The notes: generated by a model from the sequence alone, not told the origin. A DNA stretch of 64,000 nucleotides from Bacilli bacterium (GCA_017548925.1 JAFYYX010000001.1:360852-424851), one strand, 5' to 3'; shown: positions 1-10,064, counted from the first letter of the stretch. Program-made: numbers and translations.

Positions 1-2
1 TA

Positions 3-740
3 GAACTTAATGATGAAATAGATATTGATGAATCATTTAAAGAAACCTCTGATATTAAGCCAGAAGATGTTAAATTTGAAATCGTTTATGAAGATAGTGA
101 TTTAATGATCATTAATAAACCAAGTGGTTTAGTAGTTCATCCAGGTAGTGGTAACTGGGAACATACACTTGTAAATGGTTTAATGATGCATAATAAAGAC
201 TTAAGTGATATTAATGGTGAAGAAAGACCTGGTATTGTTCACAGAATTGATAAAGATACATCAGGTTTAATGGTTGTTGCAAAAAGTAATAAATGTCATG
301 AACTTTTAACTGAATATTTTAAAGAACATAAAGTTAAAAGAACATATATAGCATTAATTAAAGGAGTCTTTCCTCATGACACAGCAACCATAGATGCTCC
401 AATAGGAAGAGATAAAACTAATAGATTAAAAATGGCTGTTACAGCAGAAAATAGTAAAGAAGCTATAACCCATTTAAAGGTACTAAAAAGATATGAAAAA
501 TATACTTTAGTAAGTTTAAATCTTGAAACTGGTAGAACTCATCAAATTAGAGTTCACATGGCATATATTGGTTATCCTATATATAATGATCCAGTTTATA
601 CATCTAAAGAAGCAACAGAATTTGGTCAATTTTTACATTCAAGTGAAATAGATTTTATTCATCCAATAACTGGTAAGCATTTACACTTTAAATGTGATTT
701 ACCAAAAGAGTTTCAAGAATTTATTGATAATTTAGATTAA
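3..740 (+). CDS. rluD: RluA-family rRNA pseudouridine synthase (RluD-like), 5'-truncated by window edge
   Basis: Reading frame is open from position 3 (ELNDEIDIDE...IVYEDSDLMIINKP), so the gene starts upstream of the window. It carries the RluA-family catalytic motif HRIDKDTSGLMVVAK and a GRTHQIRVH block. Confidence 0.8.
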   Translation, partial: ELNDEIDIDESFKETSDIKPEDVKFEIVYEDSDLMIINKPSGLVVHPGSGNWEHTLVNGLMMHNKDLSDINGEERPGIVHRIDKDTSGLMVVAKSNKCHELLTEYFKEHKVKRTYIALIKGVFPHDTATIDAPIGRDKTNRLKMAVTAENSKEAITHLKVLKRYEKYTLVSLNLETGRTHQIRVHMAYIGYPIYNDPVYTSKEATEFGQFLHSSEIDFIHPITGKHLHFKCDLPKEFQEFIDNLD

Positions 741-771
741 TATCTTTATAAGTATATATATATTAAATAAG

Positions 772-808
772 AAAAGTGTAGTTTTAAAAATACTACACTT
801 TTCTTTTG
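772..808. terminator. rho-independent terminator, bidirectional
   Basis: Stem aaagtgtagt (773-782) pairs with actacacttt (792-801), with T/A runs on both sides, just downstream of the rluD-like stop. Confidence 0.6.
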
Positions 809-1085
809 TATAAAAATAAAGAAGAATTAATATAGATAGTATGTTTATTAAACTAATTCCAATTTCTTTATACATATACATAAACATGTATAAAGTTATA
901 GAAAGTACATCTAAACTTATAATATAAAATAATTCATCATTGGTTATTTTTTCTAGTTTTTTAAATTCAAAATAATTTAGTAATACAAGTAATATAATAT
1001 ATAAAGTAACAATCATTATAAACTTTGCTCCTCTTTACTAAATTTATGATTTGTTGTAAAATTATATTCGTTAAGGAGAAATATT

Positions 1086-2228
1086 ATGGGCTTAATCATG
1101 AGTGAAAAAGACGAAATTATAATGTCTTTAGTACACTACTTTATAACTGAAGAAAACTATACTCCGATTGTTGTAAAAGGTGCTAAAGATGAAATATGGC
1201 TTGAAAATATGGATGGCCCATATAAGGTTGTTCGTATTAATTCAAATCATATTCATAATAATGAACAACTTGAATATGATATTTTAAAAACTAAAGGTGT
1301 ATTAAAACAAATAAAGAAAAAGACATTTTCAATGTCTGTAAATATTTTAAATATTTTCTTAGATATAAATAAAGTTCCAGAAAATAATTATAAAAATATG
1401 GATATTGTTTATATTGATTCACTTAAAAGTGTTCCTCAAAATAAAATACTTACGAGTGCTTTTAACAAGATTAAAACTAACTTATCAACTGAAGAAATAG
1501 ACATAGAACAAATTATTCAAAAAACTGAAGATGTAAATAATAAAACTCAAAAGAAAAATAAAGTATATGAAGATATCTTTAAACCTAAAACTCCAATTGT
1601 AACTAATATTATAATTCTTACTTGTGTTTTATATTTTATATTAATGGCATTTAATACAAATGGTAATTTAAGTGCATATAATTTACTTAAATATGGAGCT
1701 AATTACCAGCCATATATAAAAAGTGGAGAGTGGTATAGATTATTTTCTTGTATGTTTGTTCATGCATCAATAATTCACTTACTACTTAATATGTACGCTC
1801 TTAAAATAATTGGTTCACAAGTGGAATCATATTTAGGTAAAATAAAATATATTGTTGTATTTATAGTAAGTGGACTAGTAGGAAGCTTATTTAGTGCAAT
1901 ATTTACTAAAACTGTATCAGTTGGAGCATCAGGCGCTATATTTGGAATTTTAGGTTCACTAATTTATTTTACATATCACTACCGCATTGTTTTAGGTAAT
2001 AGTTTAAAATATGAAATATTACCAGTTGTAATATTTAATATATTGATAGGTTTATTTATACCTGGTGTTGATATATCAGCTCATATTGGTGGACTTATTG
2101 GTGGAGTATTTGTAACAATGGCAGTTGGTGTACCAGGTAAAATAAATAAAAGATCTATTATAAATGGCACTATATGTACATTTATGTTACTAGGATTTTT
2201 AAGTTATATATTATTCTTTTACATATAA
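1086..2228 (+). CDS. rhomboid-family intramembrane serine protease with N-terminal cytoplasmic domain
   Basis: Rhomboid catalytic Ser motif GASGAIFG and His motif AHIGGLIGG; six or more TM segments after a ~190-aa soluble N-terminal region. AAGGAGAA RBS lies 6 nt upstream. Confidence 0.75.
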   Translation: MGLIMSEKDEIIMSLVHYFITEENYTPIVVKGAKDEIWLENMDGPYKVVRINSNHIHNNEQLEYDILKTKGVLKQIKKKTFSMSVNILNIFLDINKVPENNYKNMDIVYIDSLKSVPQNKILTSAFNKIKTNLSTEEIDIEQIIQKTEDVNNKTQKKNKVYEDIFKPKTPIVTNIIILTCVLYFILMAFNTNGNLSAYNLLKYGANYQPYIKSGEWYRLFSCMFVHASIIHLLLNMYALKIIGSQVESYLGKIKYIVVFIVSGLVGSLFSAIFTKTVSVGASGAIFGILGSLIYFTYHYRIVLGNSLKYEILPVVIFNILIGLFIPGVDISAHIGGLIGGVFVTMAVGVPGKINKRSIINGTICTFMLLGFLSYILFFYI

Positions 2229-2254
2229 AAAACGTCTTTATTAAGACGTTTTTA
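2229..2254. terminator. rho-independent terminator shared by convergent rhomboid and lexA genes
   Basis: Stem acgtctt (2232-2238) pairs with aagacgt (2244-2249); A-run upstream and T-run downstream. Confidence 0.6.
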
Positions 2255-2800
2255 TATGTTTCTTGATAACTCAATAATTTTACCAATTATTTTAACGTTA
2301 TCTTTAAAAACTTGATTCTTTTCAGTAACTGTAATGATATCTAATCTATCAGTAAAAACTAGGATGGAGTCACCGATTATAAGATTCTTAGGCTTTGTTA
2401 TTATTAATATATCGTTTTTCTTAAATTCTTTTAGATTATCATCAAGTAAAACTGAAAATATTTCTTCATTTTTAGGGATTCTTGATGCAGGAAAATCAAA
2501 TGTTTTATCTGTTGATACATAATTATTTTTAGTAAATAATTTAAGTTTAACAGCTTCTGTGTTATTTACTTTAAATTCATTAATACCAACAACTTCAAGT
2601 GTTCTAAACTTAGAGTTGGTTTTTTTAATAAATCCGTCTCTTTCAAGACGTTTTATATGGGAGTGTACAGATGATGGACTATTTAAGCCAACGCCTTTAG
2701 CTATCTCTCTAACTGCAGGTGGAAATCCATGCTCAGCAGTATATTCTTTAATATAGTTTAAAACTAATTCTTGTTTTTTCGTTAATTTAATTTGCTTCAT
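2252..2800 (-). CDS. lexA: LexA SOS repressor
   Basis: Winged HTH (PPAVREIAKGVGLNSPSSVHSHIKRLERDGFI). S24 peptidase C-terminus with Ser (LIIGDSILVF) and Lys (VKIIGKIIEL). Start chosen at MKQIKL (ATG 2798-2800) because GAGGGAAG SD lies 6 nt upstream; the 20 extra codons in the ORF track are upstream of the RBS. Confidence 0.85.
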   Translation of the reverse strand: MKQIKLTKKQELVLNYIKEYTAEHGFPPAVREIAKGVGLNSPSSVHSHIKRLERDGFIKKTNSKFRTLEVVGINEFKVNNTEAVKLKLFTKNNYVSTDKTFDFPASRIPKNEEIFSVLLDDNLKEFKKNDILIITKPKNLIIGDSILVFTDRLDIITVTEKNQVFKDNVKIIGKIIELSRNI

Positions 2801-2819
2801 AATACTTCCCTCGGGAAGT

Positions 2820-2848
2820 ATACTAACACAAATAGTTATAGTTGTCAA
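2820..2848 (-). promoter_or_regulatory. sigma-A-type promoter of lexA: TTGACA - 17 nt - TAGTAT
   Basis: On the minus strand, TTGACA (complement of 2843-2848), a 17-nt spacer, then TAGTAT (complement of 2820-2825). The transcript would start inside the SD-containing palindrome. Confidence 0.5.
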
Positions 2849-2858
2849 ACAAATGTTC
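2845..2858 (-). promoter_or_regulatory. degenerate Cheo-type LexA box overlapping the -35 element
   Basis: Minus strand reads TGAACATTTGTTTG (the 14-mer is the complement of 2846-2859; the stored span 2845-2858 is offset by 1 nt). This is GAAC-N4-GTTt, matching 11/14 positions of the Gram-positive consensus CGAACATATGTTCG. It sits where an autoregulatory operator is expected. Confidence 0.35.
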
Positions 2859-2951
2859 ATATTTTTTTAATATTTTTTTATACATATTTATACTAATTAC
2901 TATTAAATTGTTGTATAATTATTTTATGCAAGATAGATAAGGAGCTTTGCT

Positions 2952-4106
2952 ATGAAGATTTTACTAACATCAGATATGTACGAGAACCAAATCAACGGAG
3001 TTTCTGGATCTGTTATTACACTTAGAGATGAACTAAGAAAAAAAGGCCATGACGTTAGAGTTTTAACTTTATCTAAGGATTCTGAATCAAGAATGGAAAA
3101 AACAGATTATCTTATAGGTTCTTTTCCAGTTCCTTTTTATCCTGATACAAGACAAACACTACATTTTAAAGATAAATTAATTAAAGAAATTATTAAATGG
3201 AATCCTGATATTATTCATATACAAACAGAGTTTTCAATAGGAAAAATATCTAAAAAGATTGCTAAAGCTTGTAATTGTCCAATGATTAATACAAGTCATA
3301 CATTATATGAAGATTATACAGGTTATTTAATTCCAAGCAAAAGACTAGGAAAAATAATTGCAAGAAGATTTACAAAAAGTTCATATCAAGATGCTAAAGC
3401 AATAATTGCTCCTAGTGAAAAAATTAAAAAGTTATTAACGAAATATGGTATTGATAAACCAATTCATATTATTCCAACTGGAATAGATTTAGATAGATTT
3501 AAAATGAAAGTACATTTAATTGAAAAATCTACTTTAAGAGCTAAACTAAATATTCCAAATAAAGCTAAAGTTATTGTATCAATTGGAAGGATAGCTAAAG
3601 AAAAAAATTTAGATGAAATTATTTCATTTATGCCTGATCTAATTGAAAAAGATAAAAACATTATTTTACTTATTGGTGGAGACGGACCATATAAAAAACA
3701 AATTGAAAAACAAGTTAAAGATTTAGGTATTGAAAAGAATGTAAGATTTACTGGAATGATACCACCAAAAAATACGTATAAATATTATCAATTAGCTGAT
3801 TTATTTGTTTGTGCATCAACAAGTGAAACACAGGGTATAACTTATATAGAAGCTCTAGCTTGTTCACTACCACTTGTTTGTAGATATGATGAATGTTTAG
3901 ATGGTGTAATTATTGATGGTAAAAATGGTTATACTTATAAAAATAAAGATGAATATTTAAAATATGTTGAAAAGATTTTACATAATCCACTTTTACATCA
4001 TAAACTAAAAACTAATGCTTTAAAATCATCTAAAAGATTTTCTAAAGAAAAATTTGCTGAAGATATTGAAGCCTTATATAAAAATGTATTAAAGAGGAAG
4101 TGTTAA
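2952..4106 (+). CDS. GT4-family (group 1) glycosyltransferase
   Basis: Rossmann GT-B N-terminus (KILLTSDMYENQINGVSGSV). EX7E-type motif ETQGITYIEALACSLP in the C-terminal half. Upstream extended -10 TGTATAAT. Confidence 0.7.
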   Translation: MKILLTSDMYENQINGVSGSVITLRDELRKKGHDVRVLTLSKDSESRMEKTDYLIGSFPVPFYPDTRQTLHFKDKLIKEIIKWNPDIIHIQTEFSIGKISKKIAKACNCPMINTSHTLYEDYTGYLIPSKRLGKIIARRFTKSSYQDAKAIIAPSEKIKKLLTKYGIDKPIHIIPTGIDLDRFKMKVHLIEKSTLRAKLNIPNKAKVIVSIGRIAKEKNLDEIISFMPDLIEKDKNIILLIGGDGPYKKQIEKQVKDLGIEKNVRFTGMIPPKNTYKYYQLADLFVCASTSETQGITYIEALACSLPLVCRYDECLDGVIIDGKNGYTYKNKDEYLKYVEKILHNPLLHHKLKTNALKSSKRFSKEKFAEDIEALYKNVLKRKC

Positions 4107-4108
4107 TT

Positions 4109-6082
4109 ATGAAAGTAACTGATAAGATGTGTGTTAATTCACTAAAAATGTTATCAATCGATATGATTGATAATGCTAAAAGTGGGCATCCAGGAATAGC
4201 TCTTGGAGCTGCTAATATCTTATATACTTTATATACAAGGTGTTTAAATATTAACCCACATGATCCAAATTGGTTTAATAGAGATAGATTTGTTTTATCT
4301 GCTGGTCATGGTTCTGCACTTTTATATGCTACTTTATACATGAGCGGGTATGATTTAAATATTAGTGATTTAAAAAGTTTTAGAAAAATAAATTCTTTAA
4401 CTCCAGGTCATCCAGAACATGGCACTACTCCTGGAGTTGAAGCATCAACTGGACCTCTTGGTCAAGGAGTAGGTAATGCTGTTGGTATGGCACTTGCTGA
4501 AAGATACTATGAAAGTATGTTTAAAAAACATAATCAAGGTGAATCCATTATAGATTATTACACATACGTACTTTGTGGTGATGGAGATTTAATGGAAGGT
4601 GTTTCATATGAAGCATTATCATTTGCTGGAACACAAGTTTTAGATAAATTAATTGTTTTATATGATGCTAATAATATTAGTTTAGATGGACCTATTAAAT
4701 CAACATTCACTGAAAGTGTTGTTGATCGAATGATGGATTTTGGCTATGATGTTCAAATAATTGAAAATGATATAGATTCAATTGAAAAAGCTGTTAAGAA
4801 AGCTAAAAAATCTAAAAAGCCATCATTTATATATATTTCAACCATTATAGGTGAAGGTTCAAAATATCAAGATACAAACACAGTTCATGGTAAACCACTT
4901 GATAGTGATGATATTTTAAATTTAAGAAGTAGTTTTGAACTAACTACTGATCCATTTGTATTAAGCGCTGAAGTTTTAGAATATTGGCATAAAAAAATAA
5001 CTGATAGATGTTCACTAATGTATGAAAATTGGAACAAAGATAAAATAGCTTTATCTAATGCTAATAAACATATCAAGATGTTATTTAATAATATTGAAAG
5101 TAACGAACTTGCTATTGATTTTGATTTAAATAACTTTACTGTAAGTGATGACTATGAAGAAGATTTAAGAGATACAAACCAAAAGATAATGAATATAATC
5201 GCAAGAAAATCACCATATTTTTTAGGTGGTTCAGCTGATGTTGCTTCATCTACAAAAACAATTATATTTAATGAAGAGGCAATGAGTAGTACTGAAGTGC
5301 TTAATCGAAACATTCCATTTGGTGTAAGAGAACATGCAATGGGTGCAATTTTAAATGGCATGGCACTATCTAACTTACATGTATTTGGTTCAACATTCTT
5401 TACATTTAGTGATTATTTAAAACCAGCTATTAGAATGAGTGCTTTAATGTCACTTCCTGTTAATTATGTATTTACTCATGATTCTATATTAATAGGGCCT
5501 GATGGACCAACTCATGAACCGGTTGAACAACTAATATCACTTAGATCTATTCCAAATTTAAATGTTTTAAGACCTGCTGATATTAACGAAGTGCTTGGTT
5601 CATGGGATGTAGCATTAAAATCTAAATGTCCAAATGCTATTGTTATTGCAAGATCTAGTTTACCAAAATTAAAAGGTACTAAACCTGAACTTGTTAGTCA
5701 TGGTGCATATATGGTTAAAAAAGAAAGAAAACATTTAGATGCTATTTTAGTTGCTAGTGGTTCTGAACTTTATCAAGTATTAAGAATTTCAGAAGAACTT
5801 GATTTTATTGGAATTAACACTAGAGTAGTAAGTATGGTTTCTCAAGAATTATTTGATAAACAATCAACTGATTATAAAAAACAATTACTTCCAAGTGATA
5901 CATTAATTATTTGTGTTGAACTATCAACACCAAATAATTACTATAAATATACACATCCAAAATATGTAATTGGTATTGATAGTTTTGGATATAGTGGACA
6001 ATCAAAAGATGTATCAGAAAAAATGTTAGTTGATTATGATACATTAAAATCAAGAATTGAAAAAATGATTAGAAACTTCTAA
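4109..6082 (+). CDS. tkt: transketolase
   Basis: ThDP-binding N-terminus (SGHPGIALGAANILYTLY, GHGSALLYATLYMSGY), GDGDLMEG and a C-terminal transketolase domain. ATG at 4109 preferred over the in-SD GTG at 4100; RBS GAGGAAG. Confidence 0.9.
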   Translation: MKVTDKMCVNSLKMLSIDMIDNAKSGHPGIALGAANILYTLYTRCLNINPHDPNWFNRDRFVLSAGHGSALLYATLYMSGYDLNISDLKSFRKINSLTPGHPEHGTTPGVEASTGPLGQGVGNAVGMALAERYYESMFKKHNQGESIIDYYTYVLCGDGDLMEGVSYEALSFAGTQVLDKLIVLYDANNISLDGPIKSTFTESVVDRMMDFGYDVQIIENDIDSIEKAVKKAKKSKKPSFIYISTIIGEGSKYQDTNTVHGKPLDSDDILNLRSSFELTTDPFVLSAEVLEYWHKKITDRCSLMYENWNKDKIALSNANKHIKMLFNNIESNELAIDFDLNNFTVSDDYEEDLRDTNQKIMNIIARKSPYFLGGSADVASSTKTIIFNEEAMSSTEVLNRNIPFGVREHAMGAILNGMALSNLHVFGSTFFTFSDYLKPAIRMSALMSLPVNYVFTHDSILIGPDGPTHEPVEQLISLRSIPNLNVLRPADINEVLGSWDVALKSKCPNAIVIARSSLPKLKGTKPELVSHGAYMVKKERKHLDAILVASGSELYQVLRISEELDFIGINTRVVSMVSQELFDKQSTDYKKQLLPSDTLIICVELSTPNNYYKYTHPKYVIGIDSFGYSGQSKDVSEKMLVDYDTLKSRIEKMIRNF

Positions 6083-6097
6083 TTCGACAAATAATTT

Positions 6098-6134
6098 AAT
6101 CACCAACTGCTAATATATAGTTGGTGATTTTTTT
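6098..6134 (+). terminator. rho-independent terminator after tkt
   Basis: Stem aatcaccaact (6098-6108) pairs with agttggtgatt (6119-6129), followed by T6. Confidence 0.7.
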
Positions 6135-6545
6135 ATGAGAACATTTCATGTATTTAATGTAGATAGTAGTATTGAAGTATTAACAAAAAAAGATTCATAT
6201 CCTTTATTTCATTCATTTTTAAAAATTAAAAATCTAAATGAAATAGATTTATCAATGGGTATAAATTTATTTGAACAAATCGCAAAACCAATTGATAAGA
6301 AAAAGTTTTCAAGAAATATTTATAATCATTATAAAGATTGTGATTTTTATTCAAAATTTAAAGATGATCATACATATATAAATAAATATCGGGATGAAAA
6401 GAGTTATTTAAAAGTAAAAAGTAGTTGTATAAAAATTGATACAAACAGAAACAATCCAGAGTTTTTCAAATATTTAAAAAAGAATCATTCATTATTTGTC
6501 TGCGATTTTAATAATAAAGATTATTTTTGGATATCTGATATATAG
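6135..6545 (+). CDS. hypothetical protein (136 aa)
   Basis: ORF immediately after the tkt terminator. K/N/Y-rich, no recognisable motif. Confidence 0.4.
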   Translation: MRTFHVFNVDSSIEVLTKKDSYPLFHSFLKIKNLNEIDLSMGINLFEQIAKPIDKKKFSRNIYNHYKDCDFYSKFKDDHTYINKYRDEKSYLKVKSSCIKIDTNRNNPEFFKYLKKNHSLFVCDFNNKDYFWISDI

Positions 6546-6598
6546 ACAAAAAAACTGATGTATGTTAGTATAGTAAAACACACGTGGGGGAAGTATTT

Positions 6599-7393
6599 AT
6601 GACAAGATTGGCAGATTACATGGCAAGACAAGAATTTGATACTGTACTAAAAAGAACAGAAGATTTTAACATGTACAAAGGAATTGATAGTTTGTCATAT
6701 GGTTATAAAATAGAATTTAGAGTTGAGTCATTACTTATCCTAGGTCGTTTTAGTGAAGCTGAAAAGTTATGTTATGAAGCTTTAGATAGTCAAAAATTAA
6801 ATGAAACAAGAACAAGATACATTTATTATTTTTTATTATGTATATATTATTATACAAATCAATATTTAAAATGTATTTATTTATTAAATAGTGGCTATAT
6901 ACATGACTGTGATATAAATTCAAAAAAAACTAAATCTTTGTTTAAAAGTATAGCATGTGTTGGAAATCCAGAATTATATGATAAAATGTTTAAAATTCCA
7001 AAGACTACTTTTGTTAATCATGTTTTAGGAAGAAGAAAAGCTGATGTTAAACTTGATTTAAATAAATTATATGATGTAATGAAAGATAATTTTGTTAATA
7101 CAAGAGCATATTATAAGGATTTATCATATTTTAGAATTTTTAGATGTTTTAATGTAGGTAAAACAGATTTTAATAATAAACCAGACCTTTGTAATTATAT
7201 ACAAGTTATTTCAGTAAAAGATGATCCTGACACAATGATTACATGTTACTTTATTAGTGATCCGGGGTCTTTAACATTTTATGATATTACAACCCAAGTA
7301 TTTGACGATAAAAAAGTTAGTAGTGAATCTAAACAAAGATCAAAACAAAATATTGATAAGTTTAGATCTAGACAAGAAAAAAAGAAGAACTAG
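6599..7393 (+). CDS. hypothetical cytoplasmic protein
   Basis: ATG at 6599 (MTRLADY) sits 6 nt after a GGGGGAAG SD. No TM segment and no family motif recognised. Confidence 0.5.
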   Translation: MTRLADYMARQEFDTVLKRTEDFNMYKGIDSLSYGYKIEFRVESLLILGRFSEAEKLCYEALDSQKLNETRTRYIYYFLLCIYYYTNQYLKCIYLLNSGYIHDCDINSKKTKSLFKSIACVGNPELYDKMFKIPKTTFVNHVLGRRKADVKLDLNKLYDVMKDNFVNTRAYYKDLSYFRIFRCFNVGKTDFNNKPDLCNYIQVISVKDDPDTMITCYFISDPGSLTFYDITTQVFDDKKVSSESKQRSKQNIDKFRSRQEKKKN

Positions 7394-7442
7394 AAATAAA
7401 TACTAATATATAGTAAAATATAAAAGTAAGGAGAAATTAAAA

Positions 7443-7655
7443 ATGTTAGGAAATATATTATGTGCCATTGGTGGCATTATCGTTGGTTTAATAGCTGGTT
7501 TCTTACTAGCTAAAAAAATGATGGAAAAATACTTAAAAAATAATCCTCCAATTAATGAAAAAATGATTGAAGTAATGATGAGTAGTATGGGTAGAAAACC
7601 ATCACAAAAGCAAGTAAAACAAGTAATGCAACAAATGAATCGTGGTATGAAATAG
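7443..7655 (+). CDS. UPF0154/YneF-family small membrane protein
   Basis: 70 aa with one N-terminal TM (LGNILCAIGGIIVGLIAGFLLA) and a C-terminal KPSQKQVKQVMQQMNRGMK tail, typical of the YneF family. AAGGAGAA RBS. Confidence 0.6.
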   Translation: MLGNILCAIGGIIVGLIAGFLLAKKMMEKYLKNNPPINEKMIEVMMSSMGRKPSQKQVKQVMQQMNRGMK

Positions 7656-7680
7656 AAACTTTTTAAAAGTTTCTTTTTTA
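7654..7680 (+). terminator. rho-independent terminator
   Basis: Stem gaaactttt pairs with aaaagtttc, followed by T6. Confidence 0.65.
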
Positions 7681-7772
7681 TTTGTAAAAAATGTGTAAAA
7701 AAACATTTACAAACCTAAAACCTATCTATATAATAAAAAACAATTATTTTGATTAAGAGAGGTGATCCCTTT

Positions 7773-10064
7773 ATGAAATATAATCTACCGGCTATATTAC
7801 TTAAAGGATTAATCACCCTTCCTGATCAAGAAATAAAACTTGAAATAAATAATAAATATAGTAAAAAAACAATTGAAACTTCAAGAAGAGAATATAGTGG
7901 AAAAGTTTTAGTTGTATGTCCAAAGAATTATAAAGAAGAAGAACCTGATGTAAGTGATTTACCTAAAGTAGGTGTTGTTGCTGAAGTTATTTCTTCAGTT
8001 AAACTTCCAAATGGAAATGATAGAGTAGTTCTAAAAGGAATCAAAAGGGTTGCTGCTATTAAATATTTTAATTCCAAAAAATCAAGAGACGTTCTTTTAA
8101 GTAAAGTAGAAGACATAGAGCTTCCTAAACTAAATCAAAAAGAAAAAGAAGCATCTAAAAGAAAACTAACAACACTTCTTAGAAAATATATTAAATCAAA
8201 CCCATCAATATCTAATAGTATACTTGCACAAATATCACATGTATCAAACCTAGATACTTTAACTGATATGATTGCTACATTTATGCCATTATCATTTTCA
8301 AAAAAACTTGATCTAATGCAAGAAATAAATTCTAACAAAAGAGCAAAAATCCTAATTGAAGATATCATGGTAGAACTTGAAATTATTGCTCTTGAAAATA
8401 AAATTGATGAAGACTTAAAAAAAGAATTAGATAATCAACAAAAAGAGTTTATTTTAAAAGAAAAGATCAAATTCATTAAAAAAGAACTTGGTGAAAAATC
8501 AGGTAAGGAAGTTGAAATTGATGAGATATTATCTGAACTAGATAATAAAGATTATCCAGAAAATATTAAAAGTAGAATAATTAAAGAAACAAAAAAATAT
8601 GAAATGGTTTCAGAAATTTCACCTGAATCATCAATGATTAAAAACTATATTGATACACTTCTTAATTTACCATGGAATAAAAGTACTCAAGATGAAAAAG
8701 ATATTAAAGAAGTTGAAAAGAAACTAAATTCTACACATTATGGTTTATCAGATATTAAAAAAAGAATTGTTGAATTCTTATATTTAAAAAAGATTAATCC
8801 AGATATAAATACACCAATACTTTGTTTAGTTGGTCCACCAGGAGTAGGTAAATCAACATTTGCATCTTCTATTGCAAGTGCATTAAACAGAAAATTTATT
8901 AAAATTAGTGTTGGTGGATTAAATGATAGTTCTGAACTTTTAGGACATAGAAAAACATATGTTGGTTCTGCTCCAGGAAAAATCATAAATGCATATGCTA
9001 AATGTGAATCAAATAATCCACTTATTTTAATTGATGAAGTTGATAAGATGGTTAAAGACTATAAAGGCGATCCTGCATCAACACTACTAGATATTTTAGA
9101 TATTAATCAGAATAAAAATTTTGTTGATAATTATTTAGAAGAACCATTTGATTTATCAAAAACTTTCTTTATATTAACAGCAAATAATATTTATAATATT
9201 CCACCAGAACTAAGAGATAGACTTGAAATTATTGAACTTAATAGTTATACAGAATTTGATAAGGAAAATATTGCTAAAAAGCATATTTTACCAAGACTAT
9301 ATGATTTATATAAAATAAATAAAAATGATATTACTATAAATAATAAAGAATTAAGAATGATTATTAATTCTTATACTAAAGAACCTGGTGTAAGAGATCT
9401 TGAAAGAATTCTTGATACTTTATATCGTAAAGTAATTATAAATGAAACTAAAAAACCAATAATTATTACTGATAAGTTAATAAATAAATATTTAGGTAAA
9501 CCTGAATATGAACAATTAATTTTTTCTAACTGGAAAGTTGGTTGTGTTAACTGTTTAGCATGCACATATGGTGGTGGAGAAGTTCTTCCAGTTGAAATGT
9601 GTTTTGTAAATAGCGCTTCTCCATCTATTACAGGGTTACTTGGTGAATCCATGAAAGAAAGCATATATGTAATTAATTCATATGTTTCAAGCAATTTAGA
9701 TACATTTAAAATAAATGAAGAAGATTTTAAAAGACCAATGCATATACATTTTCTTGATGGATCTACTCCAAAAGATGGTTCGTCTGCAGGACTTTCTGCT
9801 GTAACAGTAATGCTTAGTTTACTTAAAAATAAAGTTGTTCCAAGAAATGTTGCTATGACAGGTGAAATGACTTTATCAGGAAATGTATTAAAAATTGGCA
9901 TGCTTAAAGAAAAATTAATCGCAGCATACAATGCTAAAATAAAAAAAGTATATATTCCAAAAGCAAATGAAGCAGATTTAGATGATATTCCAGATATTAT
10001 TAAAAATAAGATGGAAATTAAATTGGTTTCTGATTATATTGAAATATATAATGATTTATTTTAA
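7773..10064 (+). CDS. lon: ATP-dependent Lon protease
   Basis: Lon N-terminal domain, Walker A GPPGVGKST, Walker B ILIDEVDKM, sensor and C-terminal proteolytic domain with PKDGSSAG Ser site. Start at MKYNLP after AGAGAGGTGA. Confidence 0.9.
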   Translation: MKYNLPAILLKGLITLPDQEIKLEINNKYSKKTIETSRREYSGKVLVVCPKNYKEEEPDVSDLPKVGVVAEVISSVKLPNGNDRVVLKGIKRVAAIKYFNSKKSRDVLLSKVEDIELPKLNQKEKEASKRKLTTLLRKYIKSNPSISNSILAQISHVSNLDTLTDMIATFMPLSFSKKLDLMQEINSNKRAKILIEDIMVELEIIALENKIDEDLKKELDNQQKEFILKEKIKFIKKELGEKSGKEVEIDEILSELDNKDYPENIKSRIIKETKKYEMVSEISPESSMIKNYIDTLLNLPWNKSTQDEKDIKEVEKKLNSTHYGLSDIKKRIVEFLYLKKINPDINTPILCLVGPPGVGKSTFASSIASALNRKFIKISVGGLNDSSELLGHRKTYVGSAPGKIINAYAKCESNNPLILIDEVDKMVKDYKGDPASTLLDILDINQNKNFVDNYLEEPFDLSKTFFILTANNIYNIPPELRDRLEIIELNSYTEFDKENIAKKHILPRLYDLYKINKNDITINNKELRMIINSYTKEPGVRDLERILDTLYRKVIINETKKPIIITDKLINKYLGKPEYEQLIFSNWKVGCVNCLACTYGGGEVLPVEMCFVNSASPSITGLLGESMKESIYVINSYVSSNLDTFKINEEDFKRPMHIHFLDGSTPKDGSSAGLSAVTVMLSLLKNKVVPRNVAMTGEMTLSGNVLKIGMLKEKLIAAYNAKIKKVYIPKANEADLDDIPDIIKNKMEIKLVSDYIEIYNDLF

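Noticed and set aside
732-1016. 94-aa minus-strand ORF in the rluD-rhomboid intergenic region, very hydrophobic, with an AGAGGAG box ~11 nt upstream of its ATG
   Set aside because: I/L/F/Y/K-rich composition is what antisense or AT-rich non-coding DNA produces by default. A strong bidirectional terminator hairpin (772-808) lies inside its 3' portion, before its stop. No recognisable motif. Left uncalled; could be revisited with conservation data.
2334-2756. Two + strand ORFs (62 and 65 aa) inside lexA
   Set aside because: Antisense to a confidently identified gene; no RBS; low-complexity translations.
4095-4111. Identical 17-nt translation-initiation string AGGAAGTGTTAATTATG upstream of tkt (4095-4111) and of ORF 24831 (24817-24833); similar GGAAGTGTT..ATG before 58747 and 59407
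   Set aside because: This is the organism's preferred SD (AAGGAAGTG, complementary to the 16S 3' end) plus AT-rich spacer. It is too short to imply a mobile element or shared regulation.
3464-5361. Short minus-strand ORFs within the glycosyltransferase and transketolase genes (3464..3661, 4885..5076, 5152..5361)
   Set aside because: Antisense artefacts inside strongly supported genes.
7928-9931. Minus-strand ORFs inside lon (62-186 aa)
   Set aside because: Antisense to Lon, whose frame is validated by Walker and catalytic motifs over the whole region.
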